The notes beneath the pieces are model-generated. The model saw nothing but the letters and a program-made list of their open reading frames with translations, was not told the origin of the DNA and searched no databases. 42,611 bases of DNA from Alphaproteobacteria bacterium (GTDB lineage Bacteria > Pseudomonadota > Alphaproteobacteria > Micavibrionales > SZUA-601): contig CAXRKA010000083.1 of assembly GCA_964231155.1 (NCBI GenBank), positions 1 through 42,611 of the forward strand. Reading direction: 5' to 3'. A program made the position numbers and the translations under genes. Positions 29,166-39,722 of this stretch are shown piece after piece. Each line of letters begins with the position of its first letter. The stretch's first letter is position 1.

Positions 29166-30401
29166 TTACTCAAATATAGGTTCAGCTGGTAACCATTCTG
29201 CCTGAAGTGCATCCAAATCTCCACCCTCTTTGATACAACGACGCACATCACTGAGAAGCGTTTGCATCGCAGCAATATTGTGCTGGGTGAGCAACTGCAT
29301 GCCAAGGAGCTCACCCGCCTTAAAGAGGTGGTGAATATAAGCACGTGAAAATTCAGATGTGTAACACTTTAGATCCGCCATAATGGGACGATCATCATTT
29401 TTATATTTTGCATTGTTAATGTTGATACGCTCAGCGGAGTGGCCTTTCACCAAGGCATGACCGTGACGTGCCAGACGTGTTGGGTGGACACAATCAAATG
29501 TATCGACACCAAGTTTTACACCCTCAAAAATATCGAGTATATGGGCATAACCCAAGAGATGAATAGGGCGCCCCTCAGGAGCAATCTCCGTACACCAACG
29601 TGTAATTTTGAATAGATCGTCTTTACCCTTACCCATCGATCCACCAATGGCCGTTCCAAAAAATGGGCGATCCTTAAGATACTGAATGGATATCTCGCGT
29701 AGGTCCTTGAAATGCGCACCCTGGATAACACCATACATCGCCTGTGTATTGTCGTGGTGTTTGGCAAATTCTTGTAAAGAACGATCTCCCCAACGCATAG
29801 ATCGCTCAACACCTTCGGCCGTATAAGATTTGGAATCTTTATAAGCCGTACATTCATCCAATTGTACAATCAAATCCGCGCCTAACTTGCGCTGAACTTG
29901 AATAGAAATTTCAGGAGACAGAAGCAGCTTTTGACCGCCTTTATAGGATCGAAAATATGCGCCTTCTTCTGTGATTTTAAGGAGTGACTTTTCTTTTGTG
30001 GACAAAGACTGGCCACCGGTATCTTTAGCCACAGAACCATGCTGCATGGCAAAGATCTGATAGCCGCCTGAGTCTGTCAGCATCGGGCCATCCCAGCCTG
30101 TAAACTTATGAAGGCCGCCCATCTGTTCAACCAAATCAGCACCCGGTTGAATCATCATATGATAGGTGTTGGCCAAGATGATTTGTGTGCCCACCTCTTT
30201 AACCTGTCTTGGGCTTGCGGCTTTAACGGCCGCCTTAGTGCCACAAACAATATAATTGGGGGTTTCAACAATGCCGTGAGGGGTGACAATTTCCCCACAA
30301 CGGGCCATAGATTTATCATCTGTCGCAGTGATTTTAAAATCAAAGTTATTGTAGGTGATATCTGGAATACTCATGCCCAACACGATAGGCATATTTGGCA
30401 T
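29166..30401 (-). CDS. tgt: tRNA-guanine transglycosylase homologue (divergent)
   Basis: Carries GIVETPNY, ILANTYHMMIQPG, GPMLTDSGGYQIF, QLDECT, SMRW, GVIQG, TFDCVHPTR, FSRAYIHHL and TQHNIA, all colinear with bacterial Tgt. It deviates at the zinc site and in the substrate pocket (see findings). Confidence 0.8.
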   Translation of the reverse strand: MPNMPIVLGMSIPDITYNNFDFKITATDDKSMARCGEIVTPHGIVETPNYIVCGTKAAVKAASPRQVKEVGTQIILANTYHMMIQPGADLVEQMGGLHKFTGWDGPMLTDSGGYQIFAMQHGSVAKDTGGQSLSTKEKSLLKITEEGAYFRSYKGGQKLLLSPEISIQVQRKLGADLIVQLDECTAYKDSKSYTAEGVERSMRWGDRSLQEFAKHHDNTQAMYGVIQGAHFKDLREISIQYLKDRPFFGTAIGGSMGKGKDDLFKITRWCTEIAPEGRPIHLLGYAHILDIFEGVKLGVDTFDCVHPTRLARHGHALVKGHSAERININNAKYKNDDRPIMADLKCYTSEFSRAYIHHLFKAGELLGMQLLTQHNIAAMQTLLSDVRRCIKEGGDLDALQAEWLPAEPIFE

Positions 30402-30431
30402 TTTTCCAAGTAAATTCCGATTTATTCAGGT

Positions 30432-31037
30432 TTATTCGGGTTGATGCGTATAGAGCAACGAGGTTGTTGTCTTGTCTTTTTCCCATGGACCAACAATTTC
30501 AAAGCCATTGTCGAGATAAACAGAAACGGGTGATGTATCCACATCAATCTTAAACGCTTTTCTGCCCCCATGAATAGCATGCTCTTGGTTTTTGATCAGA
30601 TCAATACGGGTTTGAGTAAGTGCACTACCAATGCCCTGATGACGCGCATCTGTTTTAACAATGAGCCAACCTAAAAACCAGCGTCGTCCATGAGTAAGAC
30701 CCAGCCCATAAGCTGCAAAACCAACAAGATCTGTGTTTTGATAAGCAAAGACCCACCGATAACGTGGGTCTTTTAATTCAGATTCAAATTCAGAAATATA
30801 CTCTTCAACATCATTACCATAGGCATCAACAAAAATGCCCAACATTTGATTAGTCAAATCTAGATAGGACGTAATATTGGACTGCGAAGTCACAATATCA
30901 AAATTTTTGTAATGTCTGACATCACCCTCTTCCAAAACACACAAACCCCATTCATGATTAATGAGGTTTAGTATAACAATAATATTATTATGTGAACAGA
31001 AAAAGTGCTTATTTTTTCTTAGACTTACCGCCGCCAA
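30432..31037 (-). CDS. GNAT-family N-acetyltransferase
   Basis: Acetyl-CoA motif A region WLIVKTDARHQGIGSALTQTRIDLIKNQ. The first ATG (31037) overlaps the rpsT 3' end by 29 nt, so the true start may be further downstream. Confidence 0.65.
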   Translation of the reverse strand: MAAVSLRKNKHFFCSHNNIIVILNLINHEWGLCVLEEGDVRHYKNFDIVTSQSNITSYLDLTNQMLGIFVDAYGNDVEEYISEFESELKDPRYRWVFAYQNTDLVGFAAYGLGLTHGRRWFLGWLIVKTDARHQGIGSALTQTRIDLIKNQEHAIHGGRKAFKIDVDTSPVSVYLDNGFEIVGPWEKDKTTTSLLYTHQPE

Positions 31038-31293
31038 GAGCTTTGATTCGTTGAACCAATTGTGACTTTTTGCGTGCCACTGTGTTCTTTTTCATGATGC
31101 CTTTAGCAACACCGCGATCAATTTCAGGCTGAAGTGAAGCGTAAGCCACTTGTGCATCATTTGCATTACCAGCCAAAATAGCCTCTTCAACTTTACGAAT
31201 AAAGCGACGAATACGTGAGCGGCGGCTCTTATTGACCACGCGTGCACGCTCATTACGACGAATACGTTTTTTTGCAGATTTTAAATTTGCCAT
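31009..31293 (-). CDS. rpsT: 30S ribosomal protein S20
   Basis: MANLKSAKKRIRRNERARVVNKSRRSRIRRFIRKVEEAI; 94 aa, very basic. Classic S20. Confidence 0.92.
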   Translation of the reverse strand: MANLKSAKKRIRRNERARVVNKSRRSRIRRFIRKVEEAILAGNANDAQVAYASLQPEIDRGVAKGIMKKNTVARKKSQLVQRIKALGGGKSKKK

Positions 31294-31381
31294 GTTTTTT
31301 ACCGTTTATTTTGATTCTATTTATATATCTTTGTCTTCTCGAGAGCGCATTCAAAGGCAAAATTGGCGACAAGTCAAGCAA

Positions 31382-31762
31382 TTATTGCGGTTTTACGAAA
31401 AACTTTACCTGTAAAATACCACTATCTGTCACTGGTGTAATGGTGAGGGTTTCACCTTGACGCTCATAAGCGTTATAACTGGTCGCAGCCCAACCCAGCT
31501 GTGGTAAAACTTGAGAGTAAAAACCCAGGACAGCATCTGTCGTCACATCCCCTTCAGCTTCTGCAATCACAATACGGCCTTCTGGCTTATCAAAGCTCAT
31601 AGAAAGTTCTTCAATTTCATAAAGACCGGGCATCAACGGCAAATCAGGAACGATGGATAAAAACTCTGACGTTTCTTCAGTTACAGATTGTGCAGAAGCC
31701 TGAGCCACACTGAAGGTGAAGCCCAATATCATCATAAAAATAGCGAATGTACGCAGTATCAT
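31382..31762 (-). CDS. Hypothetical secreted protein (126 aa)
   Basis: Signal peptide MILRTFAIFMMILGFTFSVAQASA. No family recognised. Confidence 0.5.
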   Translation of the reverse strand: MILRTFAIFMMILGFTFSVAQASAQSVTEETSEFLSIVPDLPLMPGLYEIEELSMSFDKPEGRIVIAEAEGDVTTDAVLGFYSQVLPQLGWAATSYNAYERQGETLTITPVTDSGILQVKFFVKPQ

Positions 31763-31776
31763 AGGCTTATTATAGA

Positions 31777-32616
31777 CTATTTTTGACAGTTTGGACAGTA
31801 AAAGCTCGCACGATTAGATTGTACAATGCGTTTTATTTGACCATCACATTGTCTGCATGGCTCTTCATCTCGCCCATAGGCATGAAGGTCATGCTGGAAA
31901 CGCCCCAAATCACCATTGACCATGATATGATCTTTGAGTGTTGTGCCGCCAGCAGCAACAGCGCGCGTCAAAACATCTTTAATAGCGATTGTTAAATTCT
32001 GACACTCTTTTTTTGTGAGGCGATCAATAGAGCGTGTGGGACGAATACCCGCTTGGAACATCGATTCACTGGCATAAATATTGCCCATACCCGCTGCTAT
32101 TCTTTGATCCATAATAAAGTTCTTCACATTGGTTTTTCGCCCGCGTGATTGTTGATAGAGCCAATCAGATGTAAACGCATCTGTTAGACAATCTGGGCCT
32201 ATATTTTTAAACAAGGGATCCTGCCGAATATCAAGTGATGTTGATAGTCTTAAAAAACCAAAACGCCGGGCATCATTAAAGATCACTTGGTGAATGCCGT
32301 TTTGTGTTTGCGCTTTCAATATAACGTGATCATGTTTTTCGCGGTTAACGCGGTGATCGCCTGAAACAATTTTAACCCGTCCAGACATGCCTAAATGTAA
32401 AACAGCGCGCGGTCGGCCAGATCCAAAATTCATAATGATATATTTGCCAATACGATCCAAAGATTGAATGGGCGCATCCTTAATCGCCTTTTCAAAATTA
32501 TCCGGAATAGGCAAACGTAAATCACGACGATAAATATCAACATCTGTCATGATACCGCCTGTAATGGTGTTATCCATTCCACGGCACACTGTTTCAACCT
32601 CTGGTAACTCTGGCAT
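31777..32616 (-). CDS. mutM: Formamidopyrimidine-DNA glycosylase
   Basis: MPELPEVETV N-terminus (catalytic Pro2/Glu3), an H2TH region, and the C-terminal zinc finger CRQCDGQIKRIVQSNRASFYCPNCQ. Confidence 0.92.
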   Translation of the reverse strand: MPELPEVETVCRGMDNTITGGIMTDVDIYRRDLRLPIPDNFEKAIKDAPIQSLDRIGKYIIMNFGSGRPRAVLHLGMSGRVKIVSGDHRVNREKHDHVILKAQTQNGIHQVIFNDARRFGFLRLSTSLDIRQDPLFKNIGPDCLTDAFTSDWLYQQSRGRKTNVKNFIMDQRIAAGMGNIYASESMFQAGIRPTRSIDRLTKKECQNLTIAIKDVLTRAVAAGGTTLKDHIMVNGDLGRFQHDLHAYGRDEEPCRQCDGQIKRIVQSNRASFYCPNCQK

Positions 32617-32630
32617 AATAAAAACCCCTA

Positions 32631-32659
32631 AATAAAAAACCCCTGCATTTACAGGGGTT
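32631..32659 (-). terminator. Rho-independent terminator after the 84-aa gene
   Basis: Stem AACCCCTG/CAGGGGTT (32638..32659) with a 6-nt loop. On the minus strand it is followed by TTTTTTATTT. Lies 31 nt downstream of the stop at 32691. Confidence 0.65.
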
Positions 32660-32690
32660 GATATAGAGCAATCTTTAAAATATTCAAAAA

Positions 32691-32945
32691 TTAAATTTCG
32701 AGTTTACCTGTCTTATTCTTTAAGAGCGATGGTGCACCATCCATGATTTTTTGTAAATACTTGTTCAATGGCTCTACAGCTTTACGGCCTTTAAGTTTAT
32801 GGATAACATCGCCAGGAAAAACTTCCTTAATGTGACCTTCTCCATTAGTAACTATTTTCTGTACACCTTCAAGAAAAGTATCAACGCGTGTTTTATACGC
32901 CTCTTCCAACGGATGCTTTGTTTGTTTGTCTATAAGAACTGGCAT
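32691..32945 (-). CDS. Hypothetical small protein (84 aa)
   Basis: ORF followed by a good terminator. No family recognised. Confidence 0.4.
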   Translation of the reverse strand: MPVLIDKQTKHPLEEAYKTRVDTFLEGVQKIVTNGEGHIKEVFPGDVIHKLKGRKAVEPLNKYLQKIMDGAPSLLKNKTGKLEI

Positions 32946-33038
32946 AGCTTTATACCCCGTTTTTTTATTTGTTTATTACCATAATTTTTACATGAAAAGC
33001 TTTATGTTAAGTTAAATATGGCTTTTTATCTATTTTTT

Positions 33039-34430
33039 CTAAAGATTAGCTGAAACACCGGTATCTGACAAGATCTTCTGCTGTTGTTTGGCGAGTTTTT
33101 CTGCATCAAATCCTTCAATCAGACCTTGGAAAAGCTCATACCAATTGAGCTCTGCTTGAAGATGGATAAAAACAGACCCTAGACCCAAAGCCGCGCGGTC
33201 CATAAAGACAAACTCTTTGGGAATGACAATACCACCACCGGCTTTACGAAGATCAATATGAACTTTTTGCGCAATTTCACGCCCATAAACACCTTTATCG
33301 CCCTTACCAATCACGCGTGTTGTATTATCAAGAATAGGATCATAAAGGAAGCGCGCCCAAACCATGAGAATATCGATCACTTCGTTTGATAATCCTTCAA
33401 AGCCCCATTGTTCAAAGGCCTGCACCGCCATGTCTCGATTGTCTGTTTGGAGAGCCCTATAAAGATTAATAACGCCAGTAACAAATTGTGTAGGAAAGAC
33501 GCGAATACAGCCAAAGTCCAGTAAATTGACGCTGTAATCGTCTTGAATAAAGTAATTCCCCAGATGTGGATCGCCATGAATAACGCCATAATGATAAAAA
33601 GGAATATACCAGGCCTGAAATAAACTCTTAGCAACGACTTTTTTTACGGATTGGTCCGCATCTTTAAAATCAAGAATAGGGCAACCATGCAACCATTGAC
33701 TTGTCAGGAGACGTTTTGTTGAAAGCTCTGGATAGACCTGAGGGACATGCACATGGGCGTTATCCTTAAATATAGCGCCGTAAAGCTGTTGATATTTAGC
33801 TTCTAATTCATAATCGAGCTCTTCCCATAGACGCTCTTCGAGTTCTTTAATGGCATGTTGCGTGCCAAATGTACGATCAACCGTATCAAAAATCTTCATC
33901 ACCAACTTCAATTGTTGCAAATCCGCTTTGACCGCTGATTCCATATCCGGGTATTGGATTTTACAGGCCAGCTCTTCTCCGTTAAGAGAACGTGCTTTAT
34001 GAACCTGGCCGAGTGAAGCGGCGGCTGTTGCTGAACGTTCAAAATGCTCAAACTTATCTTGCCAATCATTGCCCAGCTCACCAGCCATACGACGGCGTAC
34101 AAAAGGCCAGCCCATAGACGGCGCATTGGATTGAAGCTGCTGGAGCTCAAAGGCATATTCGTCCGGTATAATATCGGGAATAGTTGCCAGAAGTTGAGCC
34201 ACCTTTACAATCGGTCCACGCAATGCACCAAGTGCCTCTTTCAGCTTTTGAGCGTGTTGCTTGCGATCAATATCTTGGCCCAAATAGCGCTCGCTGGCCA
34301 ATTTTAACAACATACCCCCAACGCCAGAGCTGGTTTGTGCATAGCGCTTTAAACGTTTACCCAATGTATCTTCATCCACTGGGCGTGATTGATCGTGTGA
34401 GGATGTCTTGTTTTTTTGTGTCGAACTCAT
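33039..34430 (-). CDS. ABC1/UbiB-family atypical protein kinase
   Basis: ABC1 core AAASLGQVHKARSLNGEELACKIQYPDM and HGDPHLGNYFI with LLDFGC. At 463 aa it has no C-terminal TM helices, so I do not assign it to UbiB proper. Confidence 0.75.
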   Translation of the reverse strand: MSSTQKNKTSSHDQSRPVDEDTLGKRLKRYAQTSSGVGGMLLKLASERYLGQDIDRKQHAQKLKEALGALRGPIVKVAQLLATIPDIIPDEYAFELQQLQSNAPSMGWPFVRRRMAGELGNDWQDKFEHFERSATAAASLGQVHKARSLNGEELACKIQYPDMESAVKADLQQLKLVMKIFDTVDRTFGTQHAIKELEERLWEELDYELEAKYQQLYGAIFKDNAHVHVPQVYPELSTKRLLTSQWLHGCPILDFKDADQSVKKVVAKSLFQAWYIPFYHYGVIHGDPHLGNYFIQDDYSVNLLDFGCIRVFPTQFVTGVINLYRALQTDNRDMAVQAFEQWGFEGLSNEVIDILMVWARFLYDPILDNTTRVIGKGDKGVYGREIAQKVHIDLRKAGGGIVIPKEFVFMDRAALGLGSVFIHLQAELNWYELFQGLIEGFDAEKLAKQQQKILSDTGVSANL

Positions 34431-34472
34431 ATAGGATCAATATAGATAAGAAACCACAAAAACCAAGAACAA

Positions 34473-35237
34473 TTGCTTATGTTGAAAACATTAAAGGCTA
34501 CTTTTTCTTCCAAGTTTGAAAGCGCCCTTGATTTGGTTTTGCCGCCCCTATGCCCTGTCACGCGTGAGGCCGTTGCTCAACAAGGCGATGTTCACCCATC
34601 ACTTTGGAAAGAGCTTAACTTTATTACACCACCTCTCTGTGAAACATGTGGTATCGCTTTTCCAGTCGCTAGTCCCGAACAGGATACCACTAAGAGCCTC
34701 TGCGCATCATGCCTTCGATCAACACCTCAGTACACAAAAGCACGCAGCTTATTTTTCTATGAGGGCAAGGTACGAGATATGATTCTTTCCTTTAAGCACG
34801 GTGATAAAACCCATCTGGCCCCTATCTTTGCTGGTTGGATGATGCAGCGGTTTAAAGATGATATTGATTCCGGAGATACCATTATTCCTGTCCCTGTTCA
34901 TAAGAAACGCCTTATTCAACGCCGCTTTAATCAATGCGCCTTGATTGCACAACACCTCGCCAAGACATCTGGTAAACCATGTATACTAAATAATGGAATT
35001 GTGCGCACGAAACATACACCGCCACAATCTGGCAATATGGATGCACGAAAAAAGAACGTCAATAAGGCATTTTCTGTACATCCAAGCGGCCAGGTACAGA
35101 TTAAAGACAAAAAGATTATTCTGATTGATGATGTTTATACAACTGGATCTACACTGAATGCCTGTTCAGAAACGCTCCTTGAATACGGCGCCCAAACAGT
35201 CACAGCATTAACAATAGCCCGTGTTATTAGACATTAG
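34473..35237 (+). CDS. comF: ComF-family phosphoribosyltransferase-domain protein
   Basis: N-terminal double Cys pairs (LPPLCPVT ... CETCG ... CASCL) and the C-terminal PRTase motif IILIDDVYTTGSTL. Confidence 0.8.
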   Translation: MLMLKTLKATFSSKFESALDLVLPPLCPVTREAVAQQGDVHPSLWKELNFITPPLCETCGIAFPVASPEQDTTKSLCASCLRSTPQYTKARSLFFYEGKVRDMILSFKHGDKTHLAPIFAGWMMQRFKDDIDSGDTIIPVPVHKKRLIQRRFNQCALIAQHLAKTSGKPCILNNGIVRTKHTPPQSGNMDARKKNVNKAFSVHPSGQVQIKDKKIILIDDVYTTGSTLNACSETLLEYGAQTVTALTIARVIRH

Positions 35238-37053
35238 TTCTTGGAGATAATTGAAGTGTCTTTGTCATGATATCACGCGCTAATGGTGCAGCCGTCCGTG
35301 AACCACTGGATCCATGTTCTGCGATCACAGAGACAATATAACGTGGATTATCTTCTGGGGCATAACCAACAAAGAGTGCGTGGTGACGCAAACGCCACGG
35401 CATTTCATCAACATCAAAGCCTGCCTCACGTTGTTCTGCAGTAATACGGCGCACCTGAGCCGTACCTGTTTTTCCACCCATTTTTGTATTGGCAGCTAAG
35501 CGAGAACCGAAGGCCGTGCCTTTTTGATGATTAACAGCGTGGTTCATGCCTTCTTTAATCAATTTAAGATACTTCTCTTCAAAAGGTAGTTTTTCTCTGA
35601 CAATTTCTCCGTGAAGTTCAGGCTTAATAAATTGAGGCGTGACCTTATAGCCGCCATTGACCAGTTGTGCCAACATAATCGCCAGCTGCATTGGCGTCGT
35701 TTGGACAAGACCCTGGCCGATAGAAGCAAGAATTGTATCACCAATCTTCCATTCTTCCCCACGATGCTTTTGCTTCCAATCTCTGGTCGGAACAAGACCT
35801 TGCTTTTCTCCAGCAATATCCATGTCGTGCTTAACACCAAGACCCAGATTTTTGGCTGTTTCCGAGATCTTATCCATGCCCACTTCGCGTGCTATATTAT
35901 AAAAGAAAACATCACAGGACTCTGAAAGGGCTGATTTTAAATTCATCACACCATGTCCTCCACGTTTCCAACAATGGAACTTGTGGTTCCCAACCTCAAT
36001 GAAACCTTGGCAAGTTTCTTTGTGATTGGTACGAATAATTTTATTCTCCAAAGCCGATAAAGCCGTCACCATTTTAAACGTTGATCCCGGTGGATACTGA
36101 CCCGCGATGGCTTTATTGATCAGTGGTGCTTCAGGGTTGGACAAAAGCGCCTCCCATTGAGAGGGCGACAAACCATCCGTGAATAAATTAGCATCATAAG
36201 ATGGTACAGACACAGAGGCATAAACAGCGCCTGTATTTGCATCCATAACGATGACGGATCCTGAGTGATGTTTTTTCATCTTCTCAAACGTATAGCGCTG
36301 TAACTCTACATCTAGAGAAAGATAAAGATCTTGACCCTGTGCCGCTTCATTACGCTCTAACTCTCGGACTTTTCGTCCGCGTGCATTGACCTCTTCTTGA
36401 GCTTGGCCAGGTAAACCCTGAAGCCGTTTTTCATGATGTTTTTCAATCCCTGTTTTTCCAATCTGAAAACCAGGGATGGTCAAAACGGGGTTTTTATCAA
36501 TTTCAGATGCACTCACAGCACTTACATATCCCACCGTATGTGCTGCCACTTCTTTTTCAGGATAATAACGACGCCGGTTTTCTTCTACGCTTACGCCAGG
36601 CAAGTGAACGAGATTCACCTCAATGGTTGCCATTTCTTCCCAGGTGAGGCGTTCACGCACAACAATGGGAACAAAGCTGCGCTGTTTTTTTCTAATCTTT
36701 AATGCATTGCTCACAGCATGATCTGGTAGCGGGATAAGGCGGCCAATTTTTCCTAAAGTCTCCATAAAATCTGGCGTACGCTCCGGAACAATCAACAATG
36801 AAAAGTTTTGCTTATTCATTGCCAATCGCCGACCCTTGCGATCTAGAATCTCACCACGCTCTGGCTTAATAAGCTTAATATTGATGCGGTTTTCATCCGC
36901 AAGCATCTGATACTTCTGACTTTGAAAGATTTGTAGATAGGTCAAGCGGCCTGCAAGAACACCCATCAAGACCAAGTTTAAGCCCGCCAAAAGAAAGGCG
37001 CGGCGTTGAAATATCTTGCTGTTATCATTATGCCCTGGACCCATGGTTTCCAC
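35227..37053 (-). CDS. mrdA: Penicillin-binding protein 2 (elongasome transpeptidase)
   Basis: N-terminal anchor RRAFLLAGLNLVLMGVLAGRL, then SGSVIVMDANTGAVYASVSVPSYDAN, the SxxK motif PGSTFK, and KTGTAQV. It sits directly after mreD. Confidence 0.9.
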   Translation of the reverse strand: METMGPGHNDNSKIFQRRAFLLAGLNLVLMGVLAGRLTYLQIFQSQKYQMLADENRINIKLIKPERGEILDRKGRRLAMNKQNFSLLIVPERTPDFMETLGKIGRLIPLPDHAVSNALKIRKKQRSFVPIVVRERLTWEEMATIEVNLVHLPGVSVEENRRRYYPEKEVAAHTVGYVSAVSASEIDKNPVLTIPGFQIGKTGIEKHHEKRLQGLPGQAQEEVNARGRKVRELERNEAAQGQDLYLSLDVELQRYTFEKMKKHHSGSVIVMDANTGAVYASVSVPSYDANLFTDGLSPSQWEALLSNPEAPLINKAIAGQYPPGSTFKMVTALSALENKIIRTNHKETCQGFIEVGNHKFHCWKRGGHGVMNLKSALSESCDVFFYNIAREVGMDKISETAKNLGLGVKHDMDIAGEKQGLVPTRDWKQKHRGEEWKIGDTILASIGQGLVQTTPMQLAIMLAQLVNGGYKVTPQFIKPELHGEIVREKLPFEEKYLKLIKEGMNHAVNHQKGTAFGSRLAANTKMGGKTGTAQVRRITAEQREAGFDVDEMPWRLRHHALFVGYAPEDNPRYIVSVIAEHGSSGSRTAAPLARDIMTKTLQLSPRTNV

Positions 37054-37590
37054 CTATACAAGGAAAGATTCACTGCGCTGCAAGCGTCGATCAATCTTCA
37101 TAAACAGATAAATAATAAGAGGATAAGCTGCCATGGTCACAACGGTGTTCAAAATCATAGGAAGTGCTGGAAAAGGAAGCTGTCCTTCTAGTGTCGTATA
37201 AGCCAACCAGGTCATACCATGATAAGCCAGAAGAATAATGGCAAAACAAGCCCAAATCGCTGAGAAACCCTGACCACGCAAGAAACGTCTTTGTGCACGT
37301 GCAAAAAGAAAAATAGTCAAATAAAGGAACGCATGAAGGCCAATTAAAGCGCCGCCAATAAAATCATTGGTGAGTCCAATCAGGAAAACCACCGTGATCT
37401 GTAAAACTATAGGACGATAAATAGCCCAGAAATAAATACCCACCAAGGGAATAGGACTAACCAGTGTATGATATTGGGTATAGGGGATGGGCAGATAGGT
37501 AATAGCCATCAACACAAACAAAGACACAGGCGCCAAGAATGAAGCAACGGTGGCATGATAAAGTAGTTGTAGTGATTTTAAACGACGCAT
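37054..37590 (-). CDS. mreD: Rod shape-determining protein MreD
   Basis: 178-aa polytopic membrane protein located between mreC and mrdA with no gaps. Confidence 0.75.
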   Translation of the reverse strand: MRRLKSLQLLYHATVASFLAPVSLFVLMAITYLPIPYTQYHTLVSPIPLVGIYFWAIYRPIVLQITVVFLIGLTNDFIGGALIGLHAFLYLTIFLFARAQRRFLRGQGFSAIWACFAIILLAYHGMTWLAYTTLEGQLPFPALPMILNTVVTMAAYPLIIYLFMKIDRRLQRSESFLV

Positions 37591-37611
37591 AGGTCGATTA
37601 TAGCGCGCAAA

Positions 37612-38481
37612 TTAAAATTCTTCTATGCCTGATTGACGACCAAAATCAACCACCTGCACATAATCAGCACGTTTATAATGTGCGAGTGGTTTAGCATAGA
37701 GCTCATCTTTTGATGATTGCACCATATGAGCCACGGGAATACCCGGAACCAAGAGACCGCCACGGCCTGATGTTACAAGGCGCTCACCCATTTTAATCTC
37801 AGCCGTTTCATCCAAGTATTTTAAAGAAAGCTTGTCTGTGTTTGTTCCAGCTAGCATTACAGCATGGCGGGTATCTTCAGAAACAACCGGCACGCGCGCA
37901 TTTACATCCTGTATGAGTAAGGCCCGTGATGAAACATCGCCCGTTTCAATGATAATGCCAATCAAGCCTTCTGGTACCATAACAGCAAATCCTTGCTTCA
38001 CACCATCTTCTTTACCCTTATCAAGGGTGAGTGTCTTCGAGTACATGCCACCCGTATCAGATATAATACGCGCCGTCATGTAATTGGCGCGCGGCAAAGG
38101 ATCCAGGCGCGTTAAGGCTTGCAAAGCTTTATTTTCATTCATTAATGCCAGCGCACGGTCTTTCCACTGTAATAATTCCTGATTTTGTAATCTCAGTTCT
38201 GCATTCTCTGTAGCAAGATTTTGAAGACCCGAGACTTCATAGCCACGATCAATAACGGCACGAACCGGTAATATTAATGTTGAGAATATGGGTGATGTAA
38301 TATCAGAAAGTTGTGTTTGCGTAACATGAACCCAGTTTTTAGAAAGTGATGAGGCCACCATGAGAACAAGGGCCAAACCAATATAGAGACCTATCAATAC
38401 GCGTTCACCAACGCGCTGAGACAACGAGACCGCTAAGATACGGTCGAAAACTGAAAATTTGCGTCGTCTGCGATTATTCAT
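37612..38481 (-). CDS. mreC: Rod shape-determining protein MreC
   Basis: N-terminal anchor, a coiled-coil (ENAELRLQNQELLQWKDRALALMNENKAL), and a C-terminal beta domain (VTSGRGGLLVPGIPVA). Position is downstream of mreB. Confidence 0.85.
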   Translation of the reverse strand: MNNRRRRKFSVFDRILAVSLSQRVGERVLIGLYIGLALVLMVASSLSKNWVHVTQTQLSDITSPIFSTLILPVRAVIDRGYEVSGLQNLATENAELRLQNQELLQWKDRALALMNENKALQALTRLDPLPRANYMTARIISDTGGMYSKTLTLDKGKEDGVKQGFAVMVPEGLIGIIIETGDVSSRALLIQDVNARVPVVSEDTRHAVMLAGTNTDKLSLKYLDETAEIKMGERLVTSGRGGLLVPGIPVAHMVQSSKDELYAKPLAHYKRADYVQVVDFGRQSGIEEF

Positions 38482-38520
38482 AGACGCGAGTCACCTGTAT
38501 TATTATTTACTGTACGAATC

Positions 38521-39570
<1,050 letters not shown>

Positions 39571-39671
39571 TTAGTCATTTATATATCTTGCAGAGTTGTT
39601 AAACGCTCGAATGTCATTAATAAAGCGCAGATAGCTTAAGTAATCAAGCCTTTTGATAGGTTCTGTGTAAA

Positions 39672-39700
39672 TAAAAAAGGGCGCGAAAATCGCGCCCTTT
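39672..39700 (-). terminator. Rho-independent terminator after the porin gene
   Basis: Stem AAAGGGCGCG/CGCGCCCTTT (39676..39700) with a 5-nt loop. On the minus strand it is followed by TTTTTTATTT. Lies 22 nt downstream of the stop at 39723. Confidence 0.7.
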
Positions 39701-39722
39701 CTTTAATTCAATATCATTCAAA

